Assembly (NCBI GenBank): GCA_049840735.1 | Contig: JASGJN010000009.1 | Location: forward strand, 1 to 64,000 | DNA length: 64,000 nucleotides | Direction of reading: 5' to 3' | Source of the DNA: Anaeromyxobacter sp. | GTDB taxonomy: Bacteria > Myxococcota > Myxococcia > Myxococcales > Anaeromyxobacteraceae | Shown: one piece after another, positions 49,923-59,221 of the stretch | Layout: each line of letters begins with the position of its first letter | Position numbering within the stretch: the stretch's first letter is position 1 | The notes under the pieces: generated by a model | What the model was told of the DNA's origin: nothing | Database searches by the model: none | What the model saw: the letters and a program-made list of their open reading frames with translations, nothing else | Made by a program: the position numbers and the translations under genes

Positions 49923-52190
49923 ATGGACCGCCTCCGCGACCGGCTCCGGCCCGGCGACCTCGTCCTCACCGCGCTCCTCGCCACCGCCTGCGGGCTGACG
50001 CTGGCGCGCTGGCCCGCCCACCCCGAGGTGCTGGCGCCGCTGGTGCGCCACGCCGCGCTCCTGGCCGGGTTCGGCGGGCTCCTGGCGCTGGCGGTCGCCG
50101 GCCGGCTGCCGGCCTCCTCGGCGGTCCGGGTGGTGGCGAGCCTGGCCGTCATGTTCTCGCTCTACGAGAGCCTGGGCCGGCTGGGGTTCCTGCTGCACGA
50201 CGGCACCGCCGACGCCGCCCTCTCGCGGCTCGACCGGGCGCTGCTGGGGGTCGAGCCGGCGCTGTGGCTGGACGGCCGCGCCGGTCCGGCGCTGGTCGAG
50301 GCCATGAGCTTCGTCTACCTGTTCTTCATCGGCTGGGTGTACCTGTCCATCGCCCTGGAGTGCCTGGGGCGCGAGGAGGAGGACCGCGAGGCCTTCCTGC
50401 TCGGGCTGATGCTCACCTACTGCCTGGGCTACCTCGGCTATGTCCTGCTGCCGGCCCAGGGGCCGGCCGGCTTCCACACCCAGCTGGCGGCGCTGCAGGG
50501 CGGCCCCATCCACCGCGCCATGCGCGCGGCGGTGGAGGGCAACGGCGGCGCCATCGGCGCCTTCCCCTCGCTCCACGTGGGCGGCGCGCTCTACCTCTGC
50601 CTCTTCGACCTGCGGCGCAACCGGATGCGCGGCCTGACCTACGTGCCGGTGGTGCCGCTGGTGGCGCTCTCCACGGTGATCCTGCGCTGGCACTACGTGG
50701 TGGACTGGCTGGGCGGGGCGGCCATCGCGCTCCTGGCACTGGCCGCCACCGGGCCGCTCTCGAGGGCCTGGCGCGGCCTCCCGCGCCCGGCCGCGGCGCC
50801 GCGGCCTGCGCCCGCCGCCGCCACGCCCGGCCTCTTCTACCGCGCCTTCCGCGGCCACGTCCGGCGCGTGCTGCGGGTCTTCTTCCGCAGCCTCGAGGTC
50901 AGCGGGCTGGAGCACGTGCCGGCCGAGGGGCCGGTGCTGGTGGTGGCGAACCACGTCAACGGGTTGGTGGACCCGCTCCTGTTCCTGGCCGCGCTGGACC
51001 GGCACCTGACGCTCTCCGGCAAGAGCACGCTGCGCAAGAACCCGCTCCTGCGCCTGCTCATGGGGGCGCTGGACATGGTGGTGTTCCACCGGTCGCAGGA
51101 CCGCGGCAAGGGGGCGGAGCTGCGCGAGAACGCCCGCAGCATGGCCCGCTGCCAGGCGCTGCTGGCCGCCGGCGACGCGCTCCTCATCTTCCCGGAGGGC
51201 GAGAGCCACTCCGACCCGGGCATGCGCCCCTGGAAGCCGGGGGCCGCGCGCATCGCCGCCGAGTTCGCCCGCCGCCACCCGCAGGCGCGGCTGGCGGTGA
51301 TCCCGGCCGGCCTCTACTTCACGCAGAAGGACCGCTTCCGCTCCGGCGTGGCGCTCCGCTTCGGCCCGCCGCTGCCGCTCCCGGCGCTGCTGGCCGAGGC
51401 CGAGCGCGGGGCCGAGGCGGTGCGCGCGCTCAACGGCGCGGCCGACGCCGCGGTCCGCGAGCTCTCGCTCAACCTCGAGACCGAGCGCCAGTCGCAGGTG
51501 TTGGGCTGGGCCGCGGAGGTGCTGCTGGCGCGGCTCAACGGCCCGCGCCTCCCCGGCGAGCTGGTGGCCACCGCCGCCGAGGAGCTGGAGGTGAAGCGGG
51601 CGCTGCACGCCGGCCACCGCGCGCTCTCGGCCCAGGACCCGGCGCGGCTGGCCTCCCTGGAGGCGCGGGTGGGGGGCTACCACGCCAGGCTGCGCAGGCT
51701 GGGGCTGGAGGCGGCGGAGATCCGCGTCCACCACACCGCCGCCCGCTCGGTGCTGTTCGCGGTGCGCGAGCTGGAGCTCTTCGCGGTGGGGCTGCCCTGG
51801 GCGCTGCTCGGCCTGGCGGGGAGCGCGGCGCCCTATCTCCTGGTGGACGGCTTCGCCCGGCTCACCGCCCGCGACCTCGACCACTGGGCGGCCCACAAGA
51901 TCTACCCGTCGCTCCTGGTCTACCCGCTCTGCTACCTGGCCGAGGCGGCGCTGGTGGGCGCCTGGCTGGGGCCGTGGGCCGGGCTGGCCGCGCTGGCGCT
52001 CCTGCCCGCCGCCGGCGGCTACGCGCTGCTCTGGCGCGAGCGCATGCACGACGCGGCCCGGCGGGTCCGCACCTTCCTGGCCCTCGCCGCGCGTCCGGGG
52101 CTGGCCCGGGCGCTGGTGGAGGAGGGCGACGCCATCCACGAGACTCTGGCCGAGGTGCAGGGCCAGCTCGGCCTGCTGCGAGGAGCCTGA
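49923..52190 (+). CDS. Fusion of a PAP2-family (Aur1/PAP2_3-like) membrane domain and a PlsC-like acyltransferase
   Basis: PAQGP, AFPSLH, RWHYVVD; then ANHVNGLVD, LIFPEG.SH, IPAGL.F; continuous ORF with an Ala/Pro linker. Confidence 0.88.
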   Translation: MDRLRDRLRPGDLVLTALLATACGLTLARWPAHPEVLAPLVRHAALLAGFGGLLALAVAGRLPASSAVRVVASLAVMFSLYESLGRLGFLLHDGTADAALSRLDRALLGVEPALWLDGRAGPALVEAMSFVYLFFIGWVYLSIALECLGREEEDREAFLLGLMLTYCLGYLGYVLLPAQGPAGFHTQLAALQGGPIHRAMRAAVEGNGGAIGAFPSLHVGGALYLCLFDLRRNRMRGLTYVPVVPLVALSTVILRWHYVVDWLGGAAIALLALAATGPLSRAWRGLPRPAAAPRPAPAAATPGLFYRAFRGHVRRVLRVFFRSLEVSGLEHVPAEGPVLVVANHVNGLVDPLLFLAALDRHLTLSGKSTLRKNPLLRLLMGALDMVVFHRSQDRGKGAELRENARSMARCQALLAAGDALLIFPEGESHSDPGMRPWKPGAARIAAEFARRHPQARLAVIPAGLYFTQKDRFRSGVALRFGPPLPLPALLAEAERGAEAVRALNGAADAAVRELSLNLETERQSQVLGWAAEVLLARLNGPRLPGELVATAAEELEVKRALHAGHRALSAQDPARLASLEARVGGYHARLRRLGLEAAEIRVHHTAARSVLFAVRELELFAVGLPWALLGLAGSAAPYLLVDGFARLTARDLDHWAAHKIYPSLLVYPLCYLAEAALVGAWLGPWAGLAALALLPAAGGYALLWRERMHDAARRVRTFLALAARPGLARALVEEGDAIHETLAEVQGQLGLLRGA

Positions 52191-52191
52191 C

Positions 52192-54684
52192 GTGCCCACC
52201 CCCTCCGTCGTCCGCTTCCTGGAAGAGCCCGCCTGCACGCTGTCCCGCGACTGCGGCGGCAAGGGGGCCAACCTGGCCCGCCTGACACAGGCCGGGTTCG
52301 CGGTGCCCGCCGCCTTCGTGGTCACCGGCCAGGCCTACGCGGCCCTGGTGCGGAGCCTGCCCGGCCTGGCCGGGCAGATCGCCGCCCTGCAGGGGCTCCC
52401 GGCGGCGGAGCTGCCCGCCCGCGCGGCCGCCATCCGCATGCGGCTGGCCGCGACGCCGCTGCCGGCGGCGCTGGCTGCGGAGCTGGCGGCGGCGGTGACC
52501 CGGCTGGGCGCGCAGCGCGTCTCGGTCCGCTCCTCCTCCACGCTGGAGGACCTGGCCGAGGCGGCCTTCGCCGGCCAGCACGACACCTACCTGGCGGTGG
52601 CGCCGGAGGACGTTGCGGCCCGGGTGCGCGACTGCTTCGCCTCGCTCTTCGAGGAGCGGGCGGTCCTCTACCGGGCCCGTCTCGGCTTCTCCCACGCCGA
52701 GGCCCGCATGGCGGTGGTGGTCCAGCGCATGGTGGAGAGCGCCGTCTCCGGCGTGGCCTTCACCCTCGACCCGGTCTCCGGCGCGCTGGACGAGGTGGTG
52801 GTGGACGCGGCCTTCGGGCTGGGCGAGGCGGTGGTCTCCGGCGAGGTCACCGCCGATCACCACCGGCTCTCGAAGGCCACCCTGGCGCCGCTGGAGGAGC
52901 GGATCGGGGCCAAGGAGGTGCAGATCCGCTCCGGCGAGAAGGGCACCGTCACGGTGCACGAGGCCGCCGCGGACCGGCTGGCGCTGACCCGCGCGCAGCT
53001 GCAGGAGGTGGCGCGCACGGCGGTCCGGATCGAGGAGGCCTTCGGCTTTCCGCAGGACGTGGAGTGGGCGCTGGACGCGGGCGGGGCGCTGCACGTGCTC
53101 CAGGCCCGCCCGGTCACCACCATCCCGCCGCGCTGGACGCGCGACGAGTCGGCGGAGCGGTTCCCCAACGCCATGACGCCGCTGGGCTGGGACTTCGCGG
53201 AGGCCGGCTTCCACGAGTCGCTCCGGCACTCGCTGGCGCTGATGGGCTTCCCGCCCTTCCCGGGGAAGTGGTTTGGGCTCTTCGACGGGTACGTCTACGG
53301 CAACGAGAGCGCGGTGAAGCTCTTCCTGGGCGCGCGCCGCTTCCCCTTCCGGACCGCCGACGAGCTGCGGGCGCTGCTGCCGCGGGCGCGCGAGGCGTAC
53401 GGCTGGGTGTTCGAGCTGCCGCCGGCCTGGGCCCGTGACCTGGACCGCTACCTGGTGGGCGTGGGGCGGCTCGGGGGCGAGCCGGCGCCGGGCGCGGACC
53501 CGCGCGCCCACTGGGCCCGGGTGCTGCGCGTGGAGGCGCTGGGGCGCGAGTACTTCCGCCCCAACATCGCCATCTCCATCACCCACGGCTTCCTGCACCG
53601 CGCGCTCTTCCAGGCGCTGGCGCTCTTCTTCCCCGCCGCGGAGGCCCGCGCGCTCTACGACCGGCTGACGCGCGTCTGCGACACCAAGACCTCGGCCGTG
53701 AACGCCGACCTGGCGGCGCTGGCGCGCGCCGCCCGCGCCGACCCCGGGCTGGCCGCGGCGCTGCGCGAGCGCGACAGCCGGGCGCTGGCCGCGCCGGCGG
53801 GGCTCTCGGACTGGCCGGCCTTCCAGGCGCGGTTGGAGCGGTTCCTGGAGGACCACGGCCACCGCGAGAACGATCCCGATCCCTACCAGCCGACCTGGGG
53901 CGAGGCGCCCTGGGTGGTGCTGGACCAGCTCAAGGTGCTGGTGGCGCGCGAGGAGGAGGAGGCGCCCGGCGACCGCGAGCTGCGAGCCCGCGCGGCCCAG
54001 GCCGAGGCCGAGCTGGAGCTCCTGCCGCGGCTGCCCGAGGACCTGCGCTTCTTCTTCTCCGAGCTCCTGCGGCTGGCCCGGGCCTACTCGGCCCTGGACG
54101 ACCTCGAGCACTACCAGTCCACGCGGCTGCAGCGGCTCTTCCGCCGCGCGCTGCTGGAGATGGGGCGGAGCCTGGCCGGCCAGGGGCTCCTGGCGCGCGA
54201 GGACGACCTCTTCTTCGCCCGGCGCGCCGAGCTGGAGGCGGCGGTGGCCTCCGGCGACTTCGGCCCGCTCCGCGCCGCCGCGGCGGCCGGGCGGACCGCC
54301 TACGACGCCGCCCTGCGGCGGTCGCCGCCCTGGACGCTGGGCGCGGACGAGCCCGCCGCCGCGGCGGAGGGGGCGCTGCGCGGGATCCCCGGCTCGCCGG
54401 GCGTGGCCGAGGCGCCGGTGTTCGTGGTCCGGTCGGTGGAGGACTTCCCGCGCTTCCCGCGCGGCGCGGTGCTGGTGGCGCGCACCACCAACCCGTCCTG
54501 GACGCCGCTCTTCCACGCCGCCGCCGCGGTGATCACCGAGTCGGGCGGGCCGCTCTCGCACGGCGCCGTGACCGCCCGCGAGCTGGGGCTGCCGGCGGTG
54601 ATGGCCGTGAAGGGCTGCATGGCGCTGCCCGACGGCGCGGTGGTGCGGGTGGACGGCGCGCGCGGCGAGGTGGTGCGGCGGTAG
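52192..54684 (+). CDS. PEP-utilising-enzyme superfamily dikinase with RPH/PigC-type architecture
   Basis: ATP-grasp motifs GGKGANL, VRSS..ED...AFAGQ, DVEWA..LQARP; helical middle; C-terminal GGPLSHGAVTARE; no PEP/pyruvate TIM barrel. Confidence 0.9.
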   Translation: MPTPSVVRFLEEPACTLSRDCGGKGANLARLTQAGFAVPAAFVVTGQAYAALVRSLPGLAGQIAALQGLPAAELPARAAAIRMRLAATPLPAALAAELAAAVTRLGAQRVSVRSSSTLEDLAEAAFAGQHDTYLAVAPEDVAARVRDCFASLFEERAVLYRARLGFSHAEARMAVVVQRMVESAVSGVAFTLDPVSGALDEVVVDAAFGLGEAVVSGEVTADHHRLSKATLAPLEERIGAKEVQIRSGEKGTVTVHEAAADRLALTRAQLQEVARTAVRIEEAFGFPQDVEWALDAGGALHVLQARPVTTIPPRWTRDESAERFPNAMTPLGWDFAEAGFHESLRHSLALMGFPPFPGKWFGLFDGYVYGNESAVKLFLGARRFPFRTADELRALLPRAREAYGWVFELPPAWARDLDRYLVGVGRLGGEPAPGADPRAHWARVLRVEALGREYFRPNIAISITHGFLHRALFQALALFFPAAEARALYDRLTRVCDTKTSAVNADLAALARAARADPGLAAALRERDSRALAAPAGLSDWPAFQARLERFLEDHGHRENDPDPYQPTWGEAPWVVLDQLKVLVAREEEEAPGDRELRARAAQAEAELELLPRLPEDLRFFFSELLRLARAYSALDDLEHYQSTRLQRLFRRALLEMGRSLAGQGLLAREDDLFFARRAELEAAVASGDFGPLRAAAAAGRTAYDAALRRSPPWTLGADEPAAAAEGALRGIPGSPGVAEAPVFVVRSVEDFPRFPRGAVLVARTTNPSWTPLFHAAAAVITESGGPLSHGAVTARELGLPAVMAVKGCMALPDGAVVRVDGARGEVVRR

Positions 54685-54687
54685 GGC

Positions 54688-56016
54688 TCAGCGCGCCGCG
54701 GCCGTGTCCCCGCCCGCGGGGATGCGCGCCGCGGCGGCCGAGAGCTCGGTCCGCAGCGCGGCGCGCTCGGCCCGGACCCGGGCCAGGGCGGCGCCGCCGC
54801 GCAGGCGCAGCCAGGCGGCGTGGAGCAGCGCCCGCAGCGGCTCGCTCCCCTCGTCGAAGGCCAGCGCGGCCGCGGCCGCAAGCGCCGCGCCCAGCGCCGC
54901 CAGCCAGCCGGCGGCGGCCCCGCGCCAGAGCCCGGCGGCCAAGCCGGCGGCGGCCCAGGTGAGCGGGAAGAGCAGGAGCCCGTAGCCCAGCTTGAGCGTG
55001 GCGAACATGGAGAGGTCGCCGCGGGCCGAGCGCCGCGCCAGCAGGTCCACCGCCCTCCACGCCGGCCAGTGCACCAGCGCGCCCAGCAGCGCCGCCGGGG
55101 CCAGCAGCAGGTGGAGCCCTGCGCGCGCCAGCGCCGCGGCGCGGAGCCGCTCCAGGGGATCCGGGCCGGCCAGGCCGCAGGCCTCGCGCAGCGCCTGGTG
55201 GCGGCGCAGCCGGTCCTCCAGGCTGGCCAGCGCCTCCGGGTCGTGGGCCGCCAGCCAGGAGCGCCCCCCCAGCAGCCGCTGGCGCAGCGCCACCCGCTCC
55301 GCCAGCGGCGCCGCCTCCTCCTCGGTGAAGAGCCGCTCCGCCGCGCCCGCCAGCGCCAGCGCGCCGTCGCTCTCGGCCTGCAGCACCAGGGCGTCCAGGC
55401 CGGCGCGGATCCCGCCGGTCAGCGCGCGCACCTCGGCCGGCGCCGGCTCGCCCTCCGGCGAGAGCGGGGCCGGGTTGACCTCGATGGGCGGCCCGAAGGC
55501 GATCAGCACCTCGCTGCGGAAGGTGCCCTTGTCGGTGAAGACCAGCCCCGCCGGCACGATCGAGAGCGGCAGCCCCTCGCCGGTGGAGGCGGCGCCCAGC
55601 GCGATGCGCGCCGCGCCGGACTTGAGCGGCTTCATCCGGGGATCGTCGTGCGAGGTCCCCTCGGGGAAGAGGGCCAGCACGCCGCCGCGGCGCAGCAGCG
55701 CCCGGGCCGCGGTGAAGGTGGCCGCGTTCCTGCGCGGGTCGGCGCCGTCCATGGCCCGGTAGACCGGGATGGCGTCCAGCGCGCGCGCCGCGGCGCCCAC
55801 CACCGGGATCCGGAAGAGCGGCTCCTTGGCCAGGAAGGAGACCGGGCGGTCCACCCAGGCGAGCAGCAGGATGGGATCGATCAAGGCGCTGGGGTGGTTG
55901 GCCACCACCACCGCCGGCCCCGCCGCGGGCAGGTGGCCGGCACCGGTGAGCTCCACGCGCCGGAAGAACACCCGCAGGAGCGCGCGAAGGGTGGGGCGGA
56001 GGACCGCGCGGATCAT
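54688..56016 (-). CDS. Lysophospholipid/glycerol-phosphate acyltransferase family protein
   Basis: ANHPSALID, FLAKEPLF, IPVYR, LFPEG.SH, VPAGL.F; C-terminal TM helices. Confidence 0.9.
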   Translation of the reverse strand: MIRAVLRPTLRALLRVFFRRVELTGAGHLPAAGPAVVVANHPSALIDPILLLAWVDRPVSFLAKEPLFRIPVVGAAARALDAIPVYRAMDGADPRRNAATFTAARALLRRGGVLALFPEGTSHDDPRMKPLKSGAARIALGAASTGEGLPLSIVPAGLVFTDKGTFRSEVLIAFGPPIEVNPAPLSPEGEPAPAEVRALTGGIRAGLDALVLQAESDGALALAGAAERLFTEEEAAPLAERVALRQRLLGGRSWLAAHDPEALASLEDRLRRHQALREACGLAGPDPLERLRAAALARAGLHLLLAPAALLGALVHWPAWRAVDLLARRSARGDLSMFATLKLGYGLLLFPLTWAAAGLAAGLWRGAAAGWLAALGAALAAAAALAFDEGSEPLRALLHAAWLRLRGGAALARVRAERAALRTELSAAAARIPAGGDTAAAR

Positions 56017-56165
56017 GCGGTCCCTCGGCGCTCGCGCCCGCCATGCCACGCCTCGACGAGCAGGTCTACGAGGGTGAGCACCCCCGGCGCATGCCCCGCG
56101 GCGCCGGCGAGGAGCGGCCGGCGGGCCTGGGCGGGAGGAGCGGTCGACGCGGCGGGCACGGGCAT
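56013..56165 (-). pseudogene. Internally deleted copy of the MFS gene (50-codon minigene)
   Basis: MPVPA...LL.GAAG.A..VLTLV matches the MFS N-terminus; EAWHGGR matches its C-terminal EAWLGRR; shared upstream GCTGCTATCCT. Confidence 0.75.
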
Positions 56166-56560
56166 GGAGCGCGGAGGATAGCAGCCGGGACGGCCGCTCC
56201 GGCAAACCGTGCGCGCCACCTCCACCCCCGCGAGGCGCATGGCCGGAACGCGGCCAGGTCCTGGCCTCGCCGCAGCGCGCCAGGCTTCACCGGGATCAAG
56301 CTCCTGGGACGCCGCCTGGGGGCCTTGCCCCAGCGGTGCGGCAGAGACCCGCTCCGGCGCAGGTCTTTCGTCCGGAGTGAACGCCGCGCCGCAACGCCCC
56401 CGGGAATTCGGCCGCGATCTCCGCAGCTTGTTCGCGCCTGGCGCCGCGGCTTTGACTGAACGCATCGTGAAGCCTCAGGGTCGCGCGCATCCGCATGGAG
56501 CGCCTGGAGGGCCAGGCGCGGGCCCACCAGGGAAGGGCCGGAGTCACCTTGGAGAATGCC

Positions 56561-57457
56561 ATGACGAAGAAGATCGAGGAGAAGTCGGACCTGACCCGCC
56601 GCAACCTGCTGGGCCGCGCCGGCCTGGCGCTGGGCGGCCTCGTCTCGCTGGGCGCGCTGCAGGGCTGCGGCGACGGCGGTGGGACCACCGAGGAGCCGCC
56701 GCCCCCGCCGCCGACCGGGCCGCAGGTCAACGAGTTCCCGTACCAGCAGCACCTGCCGGACGGCTACGCCATGGCGGACCTCCCGGCGGTGCAGGAGGCC
56801 GCCTACCACGGCTACTACGCGGGCGGCTGCTGCCACGGCGCGTACAGCGCCATCCTGGCCAAGCTGGCGGCCGACGTGGGCGCCCCGTACGACAAGCTGC
56901 CGCTCGACTTCGGCAAGTTCGGCGGCGGCGGCATCGCCAGCTACGGCTCGATTTGCGGCGCCGTCCTGGGCGGCGTGCTCCACATCAACATGATGGTCGC
57001 GGACGCCACCGCCCGCGGCAACATGATGACCGACCTCATGCGCTGGTACGAGCGGACCGCGTTCCCGATGTACAGCCCCGCCGCGGTGGACGCGGCCGAG
57101 ACGGGCCTCACCCTGGACTTCTCGCAGAGCAACCTGGTCCAGCTGGGCGTCGTCCCGGGCACGCATCTCTGCCACGGCTCGGTCACGCGCTGGTGCTCGG
57201 AGATGGGCGTGGCGGCCGGCGGCGCCGACAAGAAGGCGCGCTGCGCGCGGCTCACCGCCGACGTGGCGGGCAAGGTCGCCGAGATGCTCAACGCCTACCT
57301 GGCCAACGCCGCCTACACCCCGGCCGGCCGCGACGACACCTCGAACACCTGCGTGGCCTGCCACACGCCGGCGACGACCAACAAGCCGCCGGTCGCCTCG
57401 GGCATGGAGTGCGCCTCGTGCCACTCCGACAAGGTCGAGGGGCACCCGGGCCTCTAG
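56561..57457 (+). CDS. Split-Soret cytochrome c-like (C-GCAxxG-C-C family) Tat lipoprotein, diheme
   Basis: TRRNLL Tat motif, LQGC lipobox, GGCCHG, GSICGAVLG, LCHGSV..WC, RCARL, CVACH and CASCH. Confidence 0.88.
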   Translation: MTKKIEEKSDLTRRNLLGRAGLALGGLVSLGALQGCGDGGGTTEEPPPPPPTGPQVNEFPYQQHLPDGYAMADLPAVQEAAYHGYYAGGCCHGAYSAILAKLAADVGAPYDKLPLDFGKFGGGGIASYGSICGAVLGGVLHINMMVADATARGNMMTDLMRWYERTAFPMYSPAAVDAAETGLTLDFSQSNLVQLGVVPGTHLCHGSVTRWCSEMGVAAGGADKKARCARLTADVAGKVAEMLNAYLANAAYTPAGRDDTSNTCVACHTPATTNKPPVASGMECASCHSDKVEGHPGL

Positions 57458-57466
57458 GCCATCGAG

Positions 57467-57508
57467 GCCCCCGCGCTCCCCGGCCAGCTTCCCGGGGAGC
57501 GCGGGGGC
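57467..57508 (+). terminator. Strong hairpin after the cytochrome gene, no U-tract
   Basis: 17-bp perfect stem GCCCCCGCGCTCCCCGG/CCGGGGAGCGCGGGGGC. Confidence 0.6.
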
Positions 57509-57619
57509 GCTGCCCTCGGGGCGCCGGGCGATGTAGGTGAGTCACCCTCCCGCGCGCGGGAACTGGCCCCACGCGTCTGGCGCCGGGCCTGGCCCCGTGC
57601 GAACCTCTGCGCCGCGCCC

Positions 57620-59035
57620 GTGGCGCTCACGGGCGCCCACCGCCGGAGGTCACCGCTGTCCGCACCCCTGCCGTCGCCCGCCGCGTCGCCGTTCCTGGGG
57701 TTCGGGAGCGAGGAGGCGCTGCGCGCCACCGCCGCCGCGCTGCCGGAGGGGCTGTTCACCACGGACCTGGACGGCCGGGTCACGCACTGGAACGCCGCCG
57801 CGGAGCGGATCACCGGCTGGTCGCCCGCCGAGGCCATCGGCCGGACCTGCTCCCTCCTCTCCGGCGACGTGATCAACGGCTGCGCCTGCGGCGCCGGCCC
57901 GCTCCGGTGCGCGCTCGCGGCCACTGGACGCTCCTCCAAGACCTGCACCATTCGCACCAAGGACGGGCGGCTCCTCCTCATCGTGAAGAACGCGGTCCGG
58001 CTGCTCGCGCCGGGCGGCGAGACGGTCGGGGCGCTGGAGACGTTCACGCCGGTCGGCCCGGCGGGGCAGGAGGCCGGGACCGGGTGCGATCCCGCCCTGC
58101 CGGCGCCCGGCGCGCTGGTGGGCCGCCACCCCACCGTCCGCGAGCTGCAGCGGGTCATCGGCCTGGTGGCGCGATCGTCGGCCACGGTGCTGGTCGTCGG
58201 CGAGAGCGGGGTCGGGAAGGAGCTGGTGGCCGAGGCCATCCACGCGGCCAGCCCGCGGGCGGAGCGCCCGCTGGTGCGCGTCCGCTGCGCGGCGCTCGGC
58301 GAGGTGCAGCTGGAGCGCGAGCTGTTCGGCGCGGCCGGCGGGGCCGAGGGCGAACTGGTGCGGGCCCGCGGCGGGACGCTCCTCCTCGACGAGATCGGGG
58401 ATCTCCCGGCCCGCGTGCAGGCCAAGCTCCTCCGCGTACTGGAGGCCCGAGAGGTCCTGCGCCCCGGCGACGAGCGGGCCCGGCCCGTCGACGTCCGCCT
58501 GGTGTGCACCACGCACCGCGAGCTCCGCGCCCAGGTGGACGCAGGGGTGTTCCGCGCCGACCTCTACTTCCGGCTGGCCGCGTTCCCGGTCCACGTGCCC
58601 GCGCTGCGCGATCGCGTGGAGGATCTCCCGCTGCTGGTCGGCGCCTTCCTCCGCGCCGAGGAGCCGGCACGCCCCCACGTGCGGCGGGTACGGCCGGCGG
58701 CGCTGGCCGCCCTGGCGGCGTACCGCTGGCCGGGGAACGTGCGCGAGCTGCACAACGTGCTCGCCTACGCGATGCTCCAGGCCGGCGACGGTGAGCTGGA
58801 CGTCCCGCACCTGCCCGGCCACGTCCGCACCCGGCGTCCCCTCCCGCGCCCGCGCCCGGCGGCGCCGGTGGACGAGGAGGCCGGCCGGCTGCGGGCGCTG
58901 CTCGACGCGTGCGGCTGGAACCGCGCGGAGGCGGCGCGACGCCTGGGCATCTCCCGGGTGACGCTGTGGAAGCGGCTCAAGGCGGCCCGGATCGGCCCCC
59001 CGCCGCCCCCAGGGCCGGCGCGGCGGCGCTCCTGA
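57620..59035 (+). CDS. PAS-AAA+-Fis HTH regulator (NtrC-like) lacking GAFTGA
   Basis: WNAAAERITGW PAS; GESGVGKE; LLDEIG; FRADLYFRL; WPGNVREL; WNRAEAARRLGISRVTLW. Start is uncertain. Confidence 0.92.
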   Translation: MALTGAHRRRSPLSAPLPSPAASPFLGFGSEEALRATAAALPEGLFTTDLDGRVTHWNAAAERITGWSPAEAIGRTCSLLSGDVINGCACGAGPLRCALAATGRSSKTCTIRTKDGRLLLIVKNAVRLLAPGGETVGALETFTPVGPAGQEAGTGCDPALPAPGALVGRHPTVRELQRVIGLVARSSATVLVVGESGVGKELVAEAIHAASPRAERPLVRVRCAALGEVQLERELFGAAGGAEGELVRARGGTLLLDEIGDLPARVQAKLLRVLEAREVLRPGDERARPVDVRLVCTTHRELRAQVDAGVFRADLYFRLAAFPVHVPALRDRVEDLPLLVGAFLRAEEPARPHVRRVRPAALAALAAYRWPGNVRELHNVLAYAMLQAGDGELDVPHLPGHVRTRRPLPRPRPAAPVDEEAGRLRALLDACGWNRAEAARRLGISRVTLWKRLKAARIGPPPPPGPARRRS

Positions 59036-59059
59036 GCCGCGTCAGTGCCCGCGGTCACC

Positions 59060-59195
59060 CGCGCCCGGACCCAGCGCTGCCGGGCCTGCTCGCGCTCCCT
59101 CGTGCGTCGGGAGGTCGGCGTGCGCGCCGTGAGCGCCGCCAGCAGCGCGGCGGTGGCGGCGGCCACCTCGTCCACCGCCCGCTCGGACGCCGCGC
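59060..59195 (-). pseudogene. 3' remnant of a second DUF2277 gene
   Basis: Translates ERAVDEVAAATAALLAALTART...REQARQRW versus ERAVDAVAEATTALLGGLTART...LEKARARW at 60599..60865. Confidence 0.8.
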
Positions 59196-59221
59196 AGAGT
59201 CGGGCGGACGAGCGCGGAGCA

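Noticed and set aside
47940..52325. Very long alternative-frame ORFs (1461 and 1447 aa, and similar ones elsewhere)
   Set aside because: Arg/Gly/Pro/Ala-rich shadow frames of real genes, expected at this GC content.
52192..54684. Annotation as ppsA/ppdK or as rifampin resistance gene rph
   Set aside because: No pyruvate-binding barrel, so it is not PpsA/PpdK. Architecture alone does not establish rifamycin specificity, and the context is lipid genes.
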